DNA of 64,000 nt from an uncultured Sterolibacterium sp. Lineage in GTDB: Bacteria > Pseudomonadota > Gammaproteobacteria > Burkholderiales > Rhodocyclaceae. The notes under the pieces are model-generated. The model worked only from the letters and a program-made list of their open reading frames with translations, was not told the origin of the DNA and searched no databases. The DNA is taken from assembly GCA_903904605.1 (NCBI GenBank), contig CAIVDC010000135.1:7173-71172 (forward strand). The letters run 5' to 3'. This document shows, piece by piece, positions 9,348-19,121 of this stretch (position 1 is its first letter; every line of letters starts with the position of its first letter). A program made the translations under genes and the position numbers.

Positions 9348-10454
9348 ATGAACAAGATAAAAGTCCTGATCGTCGACGACTCCGCGGTGGTGCGCCAGGT
9401 CGCCAAGGAAGTGCTCGATGCCGATCCGGGCATCGAGGTCATCGCCGTCGCCGCGGATCCGCTGATCGCCCTGGAACGCATGAAGCGGGGCTGGCCCGAC
9501 GTCATCGTGCTCGACATCGAAATGCCGCACATGGACGGCCTCACCTTCCTGCGCAAGATCATGGCCGAACACCCGACGCCGGTGGTGATCTGCTCGACCC
9601 TGACCGACCAGGGCGCCGAGACCACGCTGGAAGCCCTGTCCGCCGGCGCGGTGAACATCATCACCAAGCCGAAGCTGGGCCTGAAGCAGTTCCTCCAGGA
9701 CTCCTCCAACGACATCGTCGCCGCGGTGCGCGCGGCCTCTCACGCCAACATGCGCCGCCTGGCCGGAACGGCCGCGGCCAGTGCCGCCGCCGGCGCGCAC
9801 AAACCTGTGCCGAAGTTCACCGCCGACGCGGTGCTGGCCAGCGCCCCGCCTGTCCGCGCCATGGCCAGGACGACCGATGCGGTGGTGGCGATCGGCACCT
9901 CGACCGGCGGCACCCAGGCGCTGGAAGCGGTGCTCACGCAACTGCCGGCGGTGAGCACCGGCCTCGTCATCGTCCAGCACATGCCGGAAAAATTCACCGC
10001 CCTGTTCGCCCAGCGGCTGAACAGCATCTGCGCCATCGAGGTGCGCGAAGCGAAGAACGGCGACCGGGTCATTCCCGGCCTGGCCCTGATCGCCCCCGGC
10101 GGCCGCCACATGATGCTGAAGAGGAGCGGCGCCCAATACCAGGTCGAGGTCGTGGACGGCCCCCTGGTCAATCGCCACAAGCCTTCGGTCGACGTGCTCT
10201 TCCGCTCGGTGGCGCAGGCCGCCGGCCGCAACGCGCTGGGCATCATCATGACCGGCATGGGCGACGACGGCGCACGCGGCCTGCTCGAGATGCACGAGGC
10301 CGGCGCGACCACGCTCGCCGAGGACGAATCGACCTGCGTGGTGTTCGGCATGCCCAAGGAGGCGATCAAGCTCGGCGGCGCCGGCAAGGTGGTGCCGCTC
10401 AACCTGATTCCGCGCGAGATCATCGGTTTCGCGCCGGTCCCGACCTTGCGCTAA
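9348..10454 (+). CDS. cheB: Protein-glutamate methylesterase/deamidase CheB
   Basis: 368 aa. It combines a receiver domain ([20 protein letters not shown]) with an esterase domain ([18 protein letters not shown]). Confidence 0.9.
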   Translation: MNKIKVLIVDDSAVVRQVAKEVLDADPGIEVIAVAADPLIALERMKRGWPDVIVLDIEMPHMDGLTFLRKIMAEHPTPVVICSTLTDQGAETTLEALSAGAVNIITKPKLGLKQFLQDSSNDIVAAVRAASHANMRRLAGTAAASAAAGAHKPVPKFTADAVLASAPPVRAMARTTDAVVAIGTSTGGTQALEAVLTQLPAVSTGLVIVQHMPEKFTALFAQRLNSICAIEVREAKNGDRVIPGLALIAPGGRHMMLKRSGAQYQVEVVDGPLVNRHKPSVDVLFRSVAQAAGRNALGIIMTGMGDDGARGLLEMHEAGATTLAEDESTCVVFGMPKEAIKLGGAGKVVPLNLIPREIIGFAPVPTLR

Positions 10455-10460
10455 GCAGCC

Positions 10461-11060
10461 ATGACATCCATAAATAGCGCCCGGCTGTCCGCCAGGGAAA
10501 TCGAAAACACAGCGCTCAACATCAATCCGGGCGGCTGGGCGGTGGAGCGCGAGCGGCCCATCGTCACCCTGCTCGGTTCCTGCGTCGCCGTCTGCCTGTT
10601 CGAAGCGACGCTGAAACTGGCAGGCATGAACCATTTCCTGCTGCCCAGCCGCGGCGAAGGCCGCCATGCCGATACCGACGTGGTGCTGGCCGGGGACTAC
10701 GCCATGGAAGTGCTGGTCAATGCCCTGCTCGGGCAGGGCGCCCGCAAGGAAAACCTGATCGCCAAGGCCTTCGGCGGCGGCACCATCGTCAGTGGCATCA
10801 AAATGGCGATCGGCGAGCGCAACGCCGAGTTCGCCGTCGAATGGCTGGCGCGGGAGGGGATTCCCCTGGTCGCCTCGGATTTCGGCGGGGCCTGGTCGCG
10901 CAAGGTGATCTGCGTCCCGGCCACGGGCGACGTCTATTGCCGCCGCATGCCGATCACGCAGTCGGTCGTCGATCGGGTAATCGAAGGCGAGGCAAACCAC
11001 CTGCAATCGCTGAGCAAGCCGAAGGAGACGAGACCGCAGTTGTTCATTCGTTCGGTTTGA
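10461..11060 (+). CDS. cheD: Chemoreceptor glutamine deamidase CheD
   Basis: 199 aa. CheD signatures LLGSCVAVCL and GMNHFLLP are present. It is the last gene of the che cluster. Confidence 0.85.
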   Translation: MTSINSARLSAREIENTALNINPGGWAVERERPIVTLLGSCVAVCLFEATLKLAGMNHFLLPSRGEGRHADTDVVLAGDYAMEVLVNALLGQGARKENLIAKAFGGGTIVSGIKMAIGERNAEFAVEWLAREGIPLVASDFGGAWSRKVICVPATGDVYCRRMPITQSVVDRVIEGEANHLQSLSKPKETRPQLFIRSV

Positions 11061-11117
11061 TCCGGCGGTCCGGGAACGAAAGGCCCGGTCGAGCCGCCGA
11101 CGCGGGGACGCTGCCGG

Positions 11118-11681
11118 CTACTTCTTGCCCTTTTCTTCGGCCGGGGGCTTGACGTTGGGGAACTGGAAGCCGGCGAGCAGGTTGCGCGTCTGGCCCTGGA
11201 GCTGTTCCTGCATCTGCTGGAACAGCGTCTGGCTCTGCTCCATGTAGGCGCTCATCATGTTCTGCATCGCCGGCCCCTGGAAATTGAGGAACTGCGCCCA
11301 GAGATCGTTGGAGGGCACCGCCTTGTCGCCATAGAGCGTGCGGGCCTGATCCTTGAGCTTGGCCTGCATGCCGCTGAAGGCCTTGATGTTGCCTTCCAGA
11401 TACTTGCCCATCATGCCCTGCATGGCATTGCCGTAGAAGCGGATCATCTGCGACAACAGGTCGCTGGTGAACATCGGCGAACCGCCCGCCTCTTCCTCGA
11501 GGATGATCTGCATCAGGATGCTGCGCGTCAGGTCCTCGCCGCTCTTGGCGTCTACGACCTGGAACTCCTCCTGGTCGAGGACCAGCCCCTTGACATCGAC
11601 CAGCGTGATGTAGGTACTGGTCCTGGTGTCGTAGAGACGGCGGTTCGGATATTTCTTGATCAGTCTCGACTTTTCGGCCAT
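11118..11681 (-). CDS. phaR: Polyhydroxyalkanoate synthesis repressor PhaR
   Basis: 187 aa. The N-terminus IKKYPNRRLYDTRTSTYITL is the hallmark of PhaR. The gene is adjacent to phaB and phaC. Confidence 0.9.
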   Translation of the reverse strand: MAEKSRLIKKYPNRRLYDTRTSTYITLVDVKGLVLDQEEFQVVDAKSGEDLTRSILMQIILEEEAGGSPMFTSDLLSQMIRFYGNAMQGMMGKYLEGNIKAFSGMQAKLKDQARTLYGDKAVPSNDLWAQFLNFQGPAMQNMMSAYMEQSQTLFQQMQEQLQGQTRNLLAGFQFPNVKPPAEEKGKK

Positions 11682-11741
11682 GCCTTTAACCCTCCTGACT
11701 AGCGGGTGATCCTACCACGTACCATGCAGGAACGAACGGAA

Positions 11742-12485
11742 TCAGCCCATGTGCAGGCCGCCGTTGATGTTGAGCGTCGCGCCGGTCATGAAGCCGGCCA
11801 GGTCCGAGGCCAGATAGCGCACCAGATGACCGATTTCCTCGGGCTTGCCGAGCCGCCCCATGGGGATGGTGGCGACGATCTGCTCGCGGACTTCGGGTTT
11901 GATCGCCATGACCATGTCGGTGCCGATGTAGCCGGGCGCGATGGCATTGACGGTGACGCCCTTGGTCGCCATTTCCTGGGCAATGGCCTTGGTGAAGCCG
12001 AGGATGCCGGCTTTGGCCGCGGAATAATTGGCCTGGCCGAACTGGCCCTTGACGCCGTTGACCGAGGACATGTTGATGACCCGCCCCCAGCCTCGCGTCG
12101 CCATGCCCTGGAGCACCTGATGGGTGACGTTGAACACCGAGTCGAGGTTGGTGGCCATCACCGCGTCCCAGTCGCCCTTGCCCATCTTGCGGAACATGCC
12201 GTCGCGGGTGATGCCGGCGTTGTTCACCAGCACATCGACCGGGCCGATCTCGGCCTCGATCTTCTGCACCATCGCGACGCAGGAGTCGAAATCCGACACG
12301 TCCCCTTCGGCGGCATGAAAACTGTAGCCCTCGGAGCGGGTCCTGGCCAGCCAGTCATCCATCTGCGGAAAACCGGGCAGACAGTTGGCCACCATGGTGA
12401 AGCCGTCCGCCGCCAAGGCCCGGCAAATTGCCGTGCCCAGCCCGCCCATGCCGCCGGTTACCAGCGCAATCTTCTTCGACATCAT
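11742..12485 (-). CDS. phaB: Acetoacetyl-CoA reductase (SDR)
   Basis: 247 aa. It has the cofactor-binding stretch ALVTGGMGGLG, NNAGIT and YSAAKAG. It lies in the pha cluster. Confidence 0.9.
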   Translation of the reverse strand: MMSKKIALVTGGMGGLGTAICRALAADGFTMVANCLPGFPQMDDWLARTRSEGYSFHAAEGDVSDFDSCVAMVQKIEAEIGPVDVLVNNAGITRDGMFRKMGKGDWDAVMATNLDSVFNVTHQVLQGMATRGWGRVINMSSVNGVKGQFGQANYSAAKAGILGFTKAIAQEMATKGVTVNAIAPGYIGTDMVMAIKPEVREQIVATIPMGRLGKPEEIGHLVRYLASDLAGFMTGATLNINGGLHMG

Positions 12486-12542
12486 TCACTTCCTCAGCTA
12501 GCAAAAAACCTTACCGGGCGGGCGGCATGCGATCAGAACCGA

Positions 12543-13283
12543 TCAGAACATGTGCTGCCCGCCGTTGATTGAAATATTGGCGCCGGTCACGAAGGCCGCT
12601 TCATCCGAGGAGAGGTAGGCCACCAGGCCCGCCACTTCCTCCGGCTTGCCCAGGCGCGTCATCGGGATCTGCGGCAGGATCTTGGATTCGAGCACTTCCT
12701 GGGGAATGGCCATGACCATCTTGGTGCCGATGTAGCCCGGGGAAATGGTGTTGACCGTCACGCCCTTCTTCGCCACTTCCAGGGCCAGCGACTTGGTGAA
12801 ACCATGCATGCCGGCCTTGGCCGCGGCGTAGTTGGTCTGGCCGAAGGCGCCCTTCTGGCCGTTGACCGACGAAATATTGATGACGCGGCCCCAGTTGCGC
12901 TCCATCATGCCGTCCATGACCTGCTTGGTCATGTTGAAGACCGAGTCGAGATTGGTCCTCATGACCACGTCCCAGTCGTTCTTGGACATCTTCTTGAAGG
13001 TCATGTCGCGGGTGATCCCGGCGTTATTGACCAGCACGTCGACCGCACCGACATCCTGGAAGATCTGGCCGATGCAGTCCTTGCAGGAATCGTAATCGCC
13101 GACGTCGCAGGGATAGCCCTTGAAGCCGAAACCCATGTTGTTCATCGTCTGCAGCCAGTCCTGCGCCTTGGTGTTGCTCGGACTGAAAGTCGTGACCACC
13201 TTGTAGCCCAGCGCGGCGAGTTTGATGCAGATCGCCTCGCCCAAGCCGCCCATGCCACCCGTTACCAGCGCCACTCGTTGCAT
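12543..13283 (-). CDS. phaB: Acetoacetyl-CoA reductase paralog (SDR)
   Basis: The start is taken at M48 of the track ORF (MQRVALVTGGMGGLG), which is preceded by AAGGAG. It carries the same SDR motifs (NNAGIT, YAAAKAG) as the neighbouring copy. Confidence 0.85.
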   Translation of the reverse strand: MQRVALVTGGMGGLGEAICIKLAALGYKVVTTFSPSNTKAQDWLQTMNNMGFGFKGYPCDVGDYDSCKDCIGQIFQDVGAVDVLVNNAGITRDMTFKKMSKNDWDVVMRTNLDSVFNMTKQVMDGMMERNWGRVINISSVNGQKGAFGQTNYAAAKAGMHGFTKSLALEVAKKGVTVNTISPGYIGTKMVMAIPQEVLESKILPQIPMTRLGKPEEVAGLVAYLSSDEAAFVTGANISINGGQHMF

Positions 13284-13323
13284 GCCAAGTCTCCTTTTAT
13301 TAGGGGGAAAGTCAGCCGTCATG

Positions 13324-14928
13324 TTACGCCGCTTTCTCTTTGACATAGCGCCCCGGCGCCGGCTCTGTCGGGGCATGGTGTTTGTTGCCGAGGCGGACGC
13401 GGGCGCCGCGGCGCTTGCCGGCAAAGCCCGCCAGCCACTCGCTCCAGAGCGGCCACCAGCTGCCGGGACGCTCGGTCGCCTGCGCCAGCCATTCCTCCGC
13501 CCCTGCGGCGGGGCTCTCGCCCAGCCAATGGCTGCGCTTGTTCTTGGCGGGCGGATTGATCACGCCGGCGATGTGTCCGCTGGCGCCGAGGACGAAGCGG
13601 CTCGGCCCCGCAAGCAGCCCCCGCGACAGATAGGAAGTCTTCCAGGGCACGATGTGATCCTCGCGCGAAGCATAGAGGAAGGCCGGCATGTCGAGACGGC
13701 CGAGATCCGCCTTGACCCCGCACATCTCGAGCCGGCCCGGGACGCGCAACTGGTTCTCGAGATACAGGCGGCGCAGATACCAGGCGGCGAAAGGCCCCGG
13801 CAGGTTGGTGGCGTCGGCGTTCCAGAAGAGCAGGTCGAAGGCCGGCGGCTTGCCGCCCTTGAGATAGTTGCCGACGACGTATTGCCAGATCAGGTCGTTG
13901 GCGCGCAGGCTGGAGAATACCGAGGCGAGCTCGCGGCCATGGAGCAGCCCGCCCTGTCCGATGGTGGCTTCGCGCTGCTGCACCGACCTCTCGTCGATGA
14001 AACAGCCGAGCTCGCCCGGCTCCGAGAAGTCGAGCAGCGTGGTGAGCAGGGTCAGGGAGGCCACCGGGTCCTGGCCGCGCGCCTTCGCCACGGCCAGCGC
14101 CGACGCCAGGATCGTGCCGCCGACGCAGAAGCCCAGCGCATTGACCTGTTGCACCGCGCAGATCTCGCTCGCCACCTCGAGCGCCGTGAGCGCGCCCCGT
14201 TCGATGTAGTCATCCCAGGTGAGGTGGCCGAGATCCGCCTTGGGATTGACCCAGGACACCATGAACACCGTGTTGCCCTGCTCCAGCGCATAGCGGACCA
14301 GGGAATTCTCCGGCTGCAGATCGAGGACGTAATACTTGTTGATGCACGGCGGCACCATCACCAGGGGCCGCTGCCCGACCTTGTCGGTGAGCGGCGAATA
14401 CTGGATCAGCTGGATCAGATCGTTCTCGAAGACCACGGCACCGGGCGTGGCCGCCAGGTTGCGGCCGACCTCGAAGGCAGCATCGTCCGACATCGAAATG
14501 CTGCCCTTCTCGATGTCGGCGATCAGATTCTGCAGGCCCTGGGTGATGCTCCTGCCTTCGGTCGCCACGGCGGTCCTGATGAATTCCGGGTTGGTCGCGG
14601 CGAAATTCGACGGCGCCATGGCATCGACGAGCTGCCGGGTGAGGAAGCGCAGGCGGTTCTTCGCCGCGGCATCGGCCGCGGGCAGGACTTCGGCCACCTT
14701 GCCGAAGAACTCGGCGTTGATCAGGTAGGCCTGGCGCAGGTAGTCGAAGACCGGACTCTCGGCCCATTCGGGCGCGGCAAAACGCCGGTCCGCAGGCCCG
14801 GGCAGCGCCACCGCCGGCGCCGGGCCACCGGGCGGCCGCTGCAACTCGGCCGCCCACAACTGCGCATGGCGCGCAGCGTATTCCTGCTGCAACCGGGCGA
14901 GTTCCGAGGGTTCGGGCGGTGCCGACAT
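13324..14928 (-). CDS. phaC: Poly(3-hydroxyalkanoate) synthase PhaC
   Basis: 534 aa. The lipase-box variant GFCVGG carries the catalytic Cys, within an alpha/beta-hydrolase core. It lies in the pha cluster. Confidence 0.9.
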   Translation of the reverse strand: MSAPPEPSELARLQQEYAARHAQLWAAELQRPPGGPAPAVALPGPADRRFAAPEWAESPVFDYLRQAYLINAEFFGKVAEVLPAADAAAKNRLRFLTRQLVDAMAPSNFAATNPEFIRTAVATEGRSITQGLQNLIADIEKGSISMSDDAAFEVGRNLAATPGAVVFENDLIQLIQYSPLTDKVGQRPLVMVPPCINKYYVLDLQPENSLVRYALEQGNTVFMVSWVNPKADLGHLTWDDYIERGALTALEVASEICAVQQVNALGFCVGGTILASALAVAKARGQDPVASLTLLTTLLDFSEPGELGCFIDERSVQQREATIGQGGLLHGRELASVFSSLRANDLIWQYVVGNYLKGGKPPAFDLLFWNADATNLPGPFAAWYLRRLYLENQLRVPGRLEMCGVKADLGRLDMPAFLYASREDHIVPWKTSYLSRGLLAGPSRFVLGASGHIAGVINPPAKNKRSHWLGESPAAGAEEWLAQATERPGSWWPLWSEWLAGFAGKRRGARVRLGNKHHAPTEPAPGRYVKEKAA

Positions 14929-14971
14929 CGGCTATACCTTTTGGCCAGCCCCAATGGGCAAAACGGGGTCG

Positions 14972-15000
14972 ATTTTGCACTGCACCATTGGCACTGTCAA
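14972..15000 (-). promoter_or_regulatory. Putative sigma70 promoter of phaC (TTGACA-N17-CAAAAT)
   Basis: On the reverse strand, TTGACA (15000-14995) is followed by a 17-nt spacer and CAAAAT (14977-14972), 44 nt upstream of the phaC ATG. Confidence 0.4.
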
Positions 15001-15021
15001 GGCGAACCGGCGCGCCTTCGC

Positions 15022-15750
15022 CTATTCGAGCCAGATCAGCGCGGCGATGCGCCCGGTGACCCCGTCGCGGCGATAGGAATAAAAGCGCCGGGGGTCGGCG
15101 ACGGTGCACAGGCCGCCGCCGAACACCCGCCTCACGCCGCAGGCCTCGAGCCGCTGCCGGGCGAGCGCGGCCAGGTCGCACGACCACTTGCCGCCGCCCC
15201 GGGCCAGGAAGGCCCCGGCCGCGAGAGGATCGCGACCGACGAAACTTTCGCGCACCTCGGCGCCGACCTCGAACGCGGGCTGGCCTATCGCCGGTCCGAG
15301 CCAGGCCATCAGGCGTCCCGGCGCCACCGCCAGCGCGGCCACCGTGTTCTCCAGCACGCCGGCGGCCAGGCCGCGCCAGCCGGCGTGCGCCGCGCCGACC
15401 ACCGTCCCGGCGTCATCGCAGAAGAGCACCGGCAGGCAGTCGGCGACCAGCACGGCGCAGACCTGGCCGGGGCTGCGCGCCACGCAGGCATCGGCCTCGG
15501 CAGCTTCCCCGACCTCCGCTGCGGCGAGCACCCTCGTGCCATGCACCTGGGTCAGCCACAGCGGCCCGGCCGGCAGCATCCGGGCCAGGGTCAGCCGGTT
15601 GGCCGCCACCGCCAGGGGATCGTCGCCGACATGCGTCGCGAGGTTGAGTCCGCGGTAGGGACCGCGGCTCACGCCGCCGGCCCGGGTGCTGGCCAGTGAG
15701 CGGACGCCGCGCGGCGCCGGCCACTCGGGCAGGAGCCAGTCCGGGTTCAT
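15022..15750 (-). CDS. pgeF: Peptidoglycan editing factor PgeF (YfiH/DUF152 laccase-domain protein)
   Basis: The start is at M87 of the track ORF (MNPDWLLPEW) and overlaps the rluD stop as ATGA. Conserved VLVADCLPVLF and GAAHAGWRG motifs are present. The rluD-pgeF order is classic. Confidence 0.85.
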   Translation of the reverse strand: MNPDWLLPEWPAPRGVRSLASTRAGGVSRGPYRGLNLATHVGDDPLAVAANRLTLARMLPAGPLWLTQVHGTRVLAAAEVGEAAEADACVARSPGQVCAVLVADCLPVLFCDDAGTVVGAAHAGWRGLAAGVLENTVAALAVAPGRLMAWLGPAIGQPAFEVGAEVRESFVGRDPLAAGAFLARGGGKWSCDLAALARQRLEACGVRRVFGGGLCTVADPRRFYSYRRDGVTGRIAALIWLE

Positions 15751-16718
15751 CGTGCCCTGAGGCCTTCCAGCAGTCGCAGGAAATCCGCCGGCGGCGGCGC
15801 CTCCCAGTCGAGCTCGGCGCGGCTGCCCGGGTGCAGCAGCGCCAGGCGCCAGGCGTGCAATGCCTGGCGCGGAAAAGCGGCGAGCAGCGGCGACGCCTTG
15901 GCATCGAAGGCGCCCCGCCTGCCGTAGGTCGGATCGCCGACCAGCGGATGAGCGATCGAGGCCATATGCACGCGGATCTGGTGGGTGCGCCCGGTTTCGA
16001 GCCGGCATTCGAGCAAAGTCGCGTGCGCGAAGAATTCGAGCGGAGAATAATGGGTGCGCGCTTCGCGCCCGGCGGCGACCACCGCCATCCGGACGCGCTG
16101 GGTCGGGTGACGGCCGATCGGCGCGTCGACGGTGCCGCCGCGGGGCACTTTGCCATGCACCAGGGCCAGGTAATGGCGCCTCACGCTGCGCGCCTGCAGC
16201 TGGCGCACCAGGTCGGTTTGCGCGGCCAGCGTCTTGGCGACCACCAGGAGGCCGCTGGTTTCCTTGTCGAGGCGATGCACGATGCCGGCACGGGGAATGG
16301 TCGCCAGCCGAGGTTCGTGATGGAGCAGCGCATTGAGCAAGGTGCCGGCCCGGTTGCCGCTGCCCGGATGGACCACCAGGCCGGCCGGCTTGTCGACGAC
16401 CAGAATCTCGTCGTCTTCATGGACGATGGCGAGCGCGATGTCCTCGGCCGCATCGGGCAGGGAATTGGGCTCGGCGGCCGCCTCGACCTCGATCCTTTCG
16501 CCGCCCCATACCTTGCGCTTGACGTCGAGCACGCTGACCCCTTCGACGCGCACGCGTCCTTCGCGCAGCCAGCCCTGCAGGCGGCTGCGCGAATGTTCGG
16601 GGAAGAGCCGCGCCAGCGCCTGGTCGAGGCGCAGGCCGGCGCACTCGGGCGGCGCCACGAAGCACAGCGGGGAGCTTGAGCTATAATCGCCCGGATTCGA
16701 TTGCGGGACATTCATCAT
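15747..16718 (-). CDS. rluD: 23S rRNA pseudouridine synthase RluD
   Basis: It has an S4-like N-terminus (RLDQALARLFPEHSRSRLQGWLREGRVRVEG) and the catalytic motif HRLDKETSGLLVVAK. The start is uncertain. The ATG at 16718 abuts the divergent bamD ATG (16717), so an internal GTG about 20 codons downstream is also possible. Confidence 0.85.
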   Translation of the reverse strand: MMNVPQSNPGDYSSSSPLCFVAPPECAGLRLDQALARLFPEHSRSRLQGWLREGRVRVEGVSVLDVKRKVWGGERIEVEAAAEPNSLPDAAEDIALAIVHEDDEILVVDKPAGLVVHPGSGNRAGTLLNALLHHEPRLATIPRAGIVHRLDKETSGLLVVAKTLAAQTDLVRQLQARSVRRHYLALVHGKVPRGGTVDAPIGRHPTQRVRMAVVAAGREARTHYSPLEFFAHATLLECRLETGRTHQIRVHMASIAHPLVGDPTYGRRGAFDAKASPLLAAFPRQALHAWRLALLHPGSRAELDWEAPPPADFLRLLEGLRAR

Positions 16719-17511
16719 GCGTAGTGTAGCGGTAATTTTCGCGCTCCTTCTGGCCACGCTGCTGACCGGCTGCGGGCTGCTGCCTGCGGAGATCGACGAA
16801 ACCGCCGGCTGGACCGCGGAAAAGCTCTATACCGAAGCCAAGGACGCGATGAAGGACGGCGCTTTCGACAAAGCCATCAAGCTCTACGAGAAGCTCGAGT
16901 CGCGCTACCCCTACGGCAGATACGCGCAGCAGGCCCAGCTCGAAATCGCTTATGCCAACTTCCGCCAACTGGAGTCCGCCGCGGCCATTGCCGCCTGCGA
17001 CCGCTTCATCCGCCTGCATCCGAACCACCCGAACGTCGATTACGCCTACTACCTCAAGGGGCTGGTCAATTTCAACGAGGATCTCGGCCTGCTCGGCAAT
17101 ATTAGCAATCAGGATTTGTCGGAACGCGATCCCAAGGCGGCCAAGGACTCCTTCGATACCTTCAAGGAACTGGTCACCAAGTTTCCCGAGAGCCGATATG
17201 CCGCCGACGCCACGGCGAGAATGAAATACCTGGTCAACGCCCTGGCTTCCCATGAAGTTCATGTGGCGCGCTACTACTACAACCGCCGCGCCTATATCGC
17301 GCCGGTCAATCGGGCCCAGGATGCGATCAAGAACTACCCCGAGGCGCCGGCCGGCGAGGAAGCGCTGTATCTCATGATCAAGTCCTACGACGCCCTGGGC
17401 TTGAACGATTTGCGCGACGACAGCGAACGCGTCATGCGCCTGAACTTCCCCGACAGCACCTACCTGAAATACGGCCTGGATCGCCCGGCGCCCTGGTGGA
17501 AGTTCTGGTAA
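16717..17511 (+). CDS. bamD: Outer membrane protein assembly factor BamD (lipoprotein, TPR)
   Basis: 264 aa. It has the lipobox LLTGC, TPR-like repeats and the BamD pattern YPYGRYAQQAQLEIAYANF. It is divergent from rluD, as in most proteobacteria. Confidence 0.9.
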   Translation: MRSVAVIFALLLATLLTGCGLLPAEIDETAGWTAEKLYTEAKDAMKDGAFDKAIKLYEKLESRYPYGRYAQQAQLEIAYANFRQLESAAAIAACDRFIRLHPNHPNVDYAYYLKGLVNFNEDLGLLGNISNQDLSERDPKAAKDSFDTFKELVTKFPESRYAADATARMKYLVNALASHEVHVARYYYNRRAYIAPVNRAQDAIKNYPEAPAGEEALYLMIKSYDALGLNDLRDDSERVMRLNFPDSTYLKYGLDRPAPWWKFW

Positions 17512-17589
17512 TCCTGTCAATCGCTTAGGTCGGGCTTCATTGACCATGTCGGCCTGAAGGCCGGCCTGCACCGCTTCAAAGGAATATTC

Positions 17590-19107
17590 ATGTCGATCGA
17601 TATCCAAACCCTCGCCATCGTCGGGACCGGCGCCATGGGCCGCGGCATCGCGCAGATCGCCGCCCAGGCCGGCATCACCGTGCTGCTCTACGACGCGCAG
17701 CCCGATGCCGCCGGCAACGCCCGCAAAAGCGTGATCACCACGCTGGCCAAACTGGCCGAGCGCGGCAAGATCACGGCGGAGGCCGCCGCCGCGGCCGGCG
17801 AACGGCTCGAAGTCGTCGCCGGCCTCGAACAGCTGGCGCGGGCGCAGGCGGTGATCGAGGCCATCGTCGAAAACCTCGAGGTCAAGCGCCAACTGTTCGC
17901 GCAACTCGAAGCCATCGTCGCGGCCGACTGCGTCCTCGCCACCAACACTTCCTCGCTCTCGGTCACGGTCATCGCCGCCGCCTGCAAGCATCCCGAGCGC
18001 GTCGGCGGCTTCCACTTCTTCAACCCGGTGCCCTTGATGAAAATCGTCGAGGTCATCGACGGACTGGTCACCGCGCCCTGGGTGGGCGATGCGTTGCTGG
18101 CCCTGGGCCGGCGCATGGGCCACACGGCGGTGCGCACCCTCGATACGCCGGGCTTCATCGTCAATCATGCCGGACGCGGCTTCGTCACCGAGGCGCTGCG
18201 CTGCCTCTCCGAAGGCGTCGCGGCCTTCCACGAGATCGACCAGATCATGCGCGAGGCCGCCGGCTTCCGCATGGGACCTTTCGAACTGATGGATCTGACC
18301 GGCATCGACGTATCGCAGCCGGTGATGGAGTCGATCTACCATCAGTATTATGAAGAGCCGCGCTACCGGCCCTCGCCCCTGGCAGCGCAACGGCTGGCCG
18401 GCGGCCTGCTCGGCCGCAAGACCGGCCGCGGCTTCTACCGCTACGTGGACAACCAGGCGCAGCCGATCGCCGCGCCCGAAGCGCCGGCGGCGCGCCCGGC
18501 CCGGGTCTGGGTCAGCCGGACGCTGCCCGACTGGGGCAATGCCGTCGGCGCACTGGTCGCCGCCGTCGGCGGCACCCTGGACACCGGCCCGCGGCCGGCC
18601 GAGGACGCGCTTTGCGTGGTCACCCCGCTCGGCCAGGACGCCACCACCCTTTGCCTTGCCCAGGGCCTCGATGCGGCGCGCACCGTGGCCATCGACTGCC
18701 TGTTCGGCATCGACAAGCGGCGCACCCTGATGACCACGCCGCTGACCACGAAGGCCTATCGCGACGCCGCCCACGGACTGTTCGCAGCCGACGGCGTGCC
18801 GGTCACGGTGATCAAGGACAGCGCCGGCCTGGTCAGCCAGCGCATTGTCGCCTGCATCGTCAACATCGCCTGCGACATCGCCCAGCAGGGCATCGCAGCG
18901 CCTGCCGACATCGACCGCGCGGTGGCGCTGGGCCTGGGCTATCCGAAGGGACCCCTGTCCTTCGGCGACGGCCTGGGCGCGAAGAACATCCTGGCGATAC
19001 TCGAAGCGATGCAGGACTTCTACGGCGACCCGCGCTACCGCCCGAGTCCCTGGCTGAAGCGCCGCGCCCTGCTGGATGTCTCGCTGCTGACCGAGGCCGA
19101 TGCCTGA
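17590..19107 (+). CDS. 3-hydroxyacyl-CoA dehydrogenase (long form with duplicated C-terminal domain)
   Basis: 505 aa. It has the Rossmann stretch IVGTGAMGRGIAQ, plus NTSSLSV, HFFNPVPLMKIVEV and TPGFIVN. Confidence 0.85.
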   Translation: MSIDIQTLAIVGTGAMGRGIAQIAAQAGITVLLYDAQPDAAGNARKSVITTLAKLAERGKITAEAAAAAGERLEVVAGLEQLARAQAVIEAIVENLEVKRQLFAQLEAIVAADCVLATNTSSLSVTVIAAACKHPERVGGFHFFNPVPLMKIVEVIDGLVTAPWVGDALLALGRRMGHTAVRTLDTPGFIVNHAGRGFVTEALRCLSEGVAAFHEIDQIMREAAGFRMGPFELMDLTGIDVSQPVMESIYHQYYEEPRYRPSPLAAQRLAGGLLGRKTGRGFYRYVDNQAQPIAAPEAPAARPARVWVSRTLPDWGNAVGALVAAVGGTLDTGPRPAEDALCVVTPLGQDATTLCLAQGLDAARTVAIDCLFGIDKRRTLMTTPLTTKAYRDAAHGLFAADGVPVTVIKDSAGLVSQRIVACIVNIACDIAQQGIAAPADIDRAVALGLGYPKGPLSFGDGLGAKNILAILEAMQDFYGDPRYRPSPWLKRRALLDVSLLTEADA

Positions 19108-19121
19108 GGCGGGAGGATAGA

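Noticed and set aside
16719-16757. Extension of rluD to the ATG at 16757. The same kind of upstream extension appears in the track ORFs for cheW (7878), phaB2 (13424), pgeF (16008), the acyl-CoA dehydrogenase (21934), the M6 protease (29738), the PQQ enzyme (38452), the histidine kinase (38357), UbiD (41505), the SBP (43350), the TgpA-like gene (49522) and mltB (51222).
   Set aside because: The extensions overlap neighbouring genes or are Arg-rich with no homology-like content. Internal starts with Shine-Dalgarno sequences, signal peptides or ATGA coupling fit much better.
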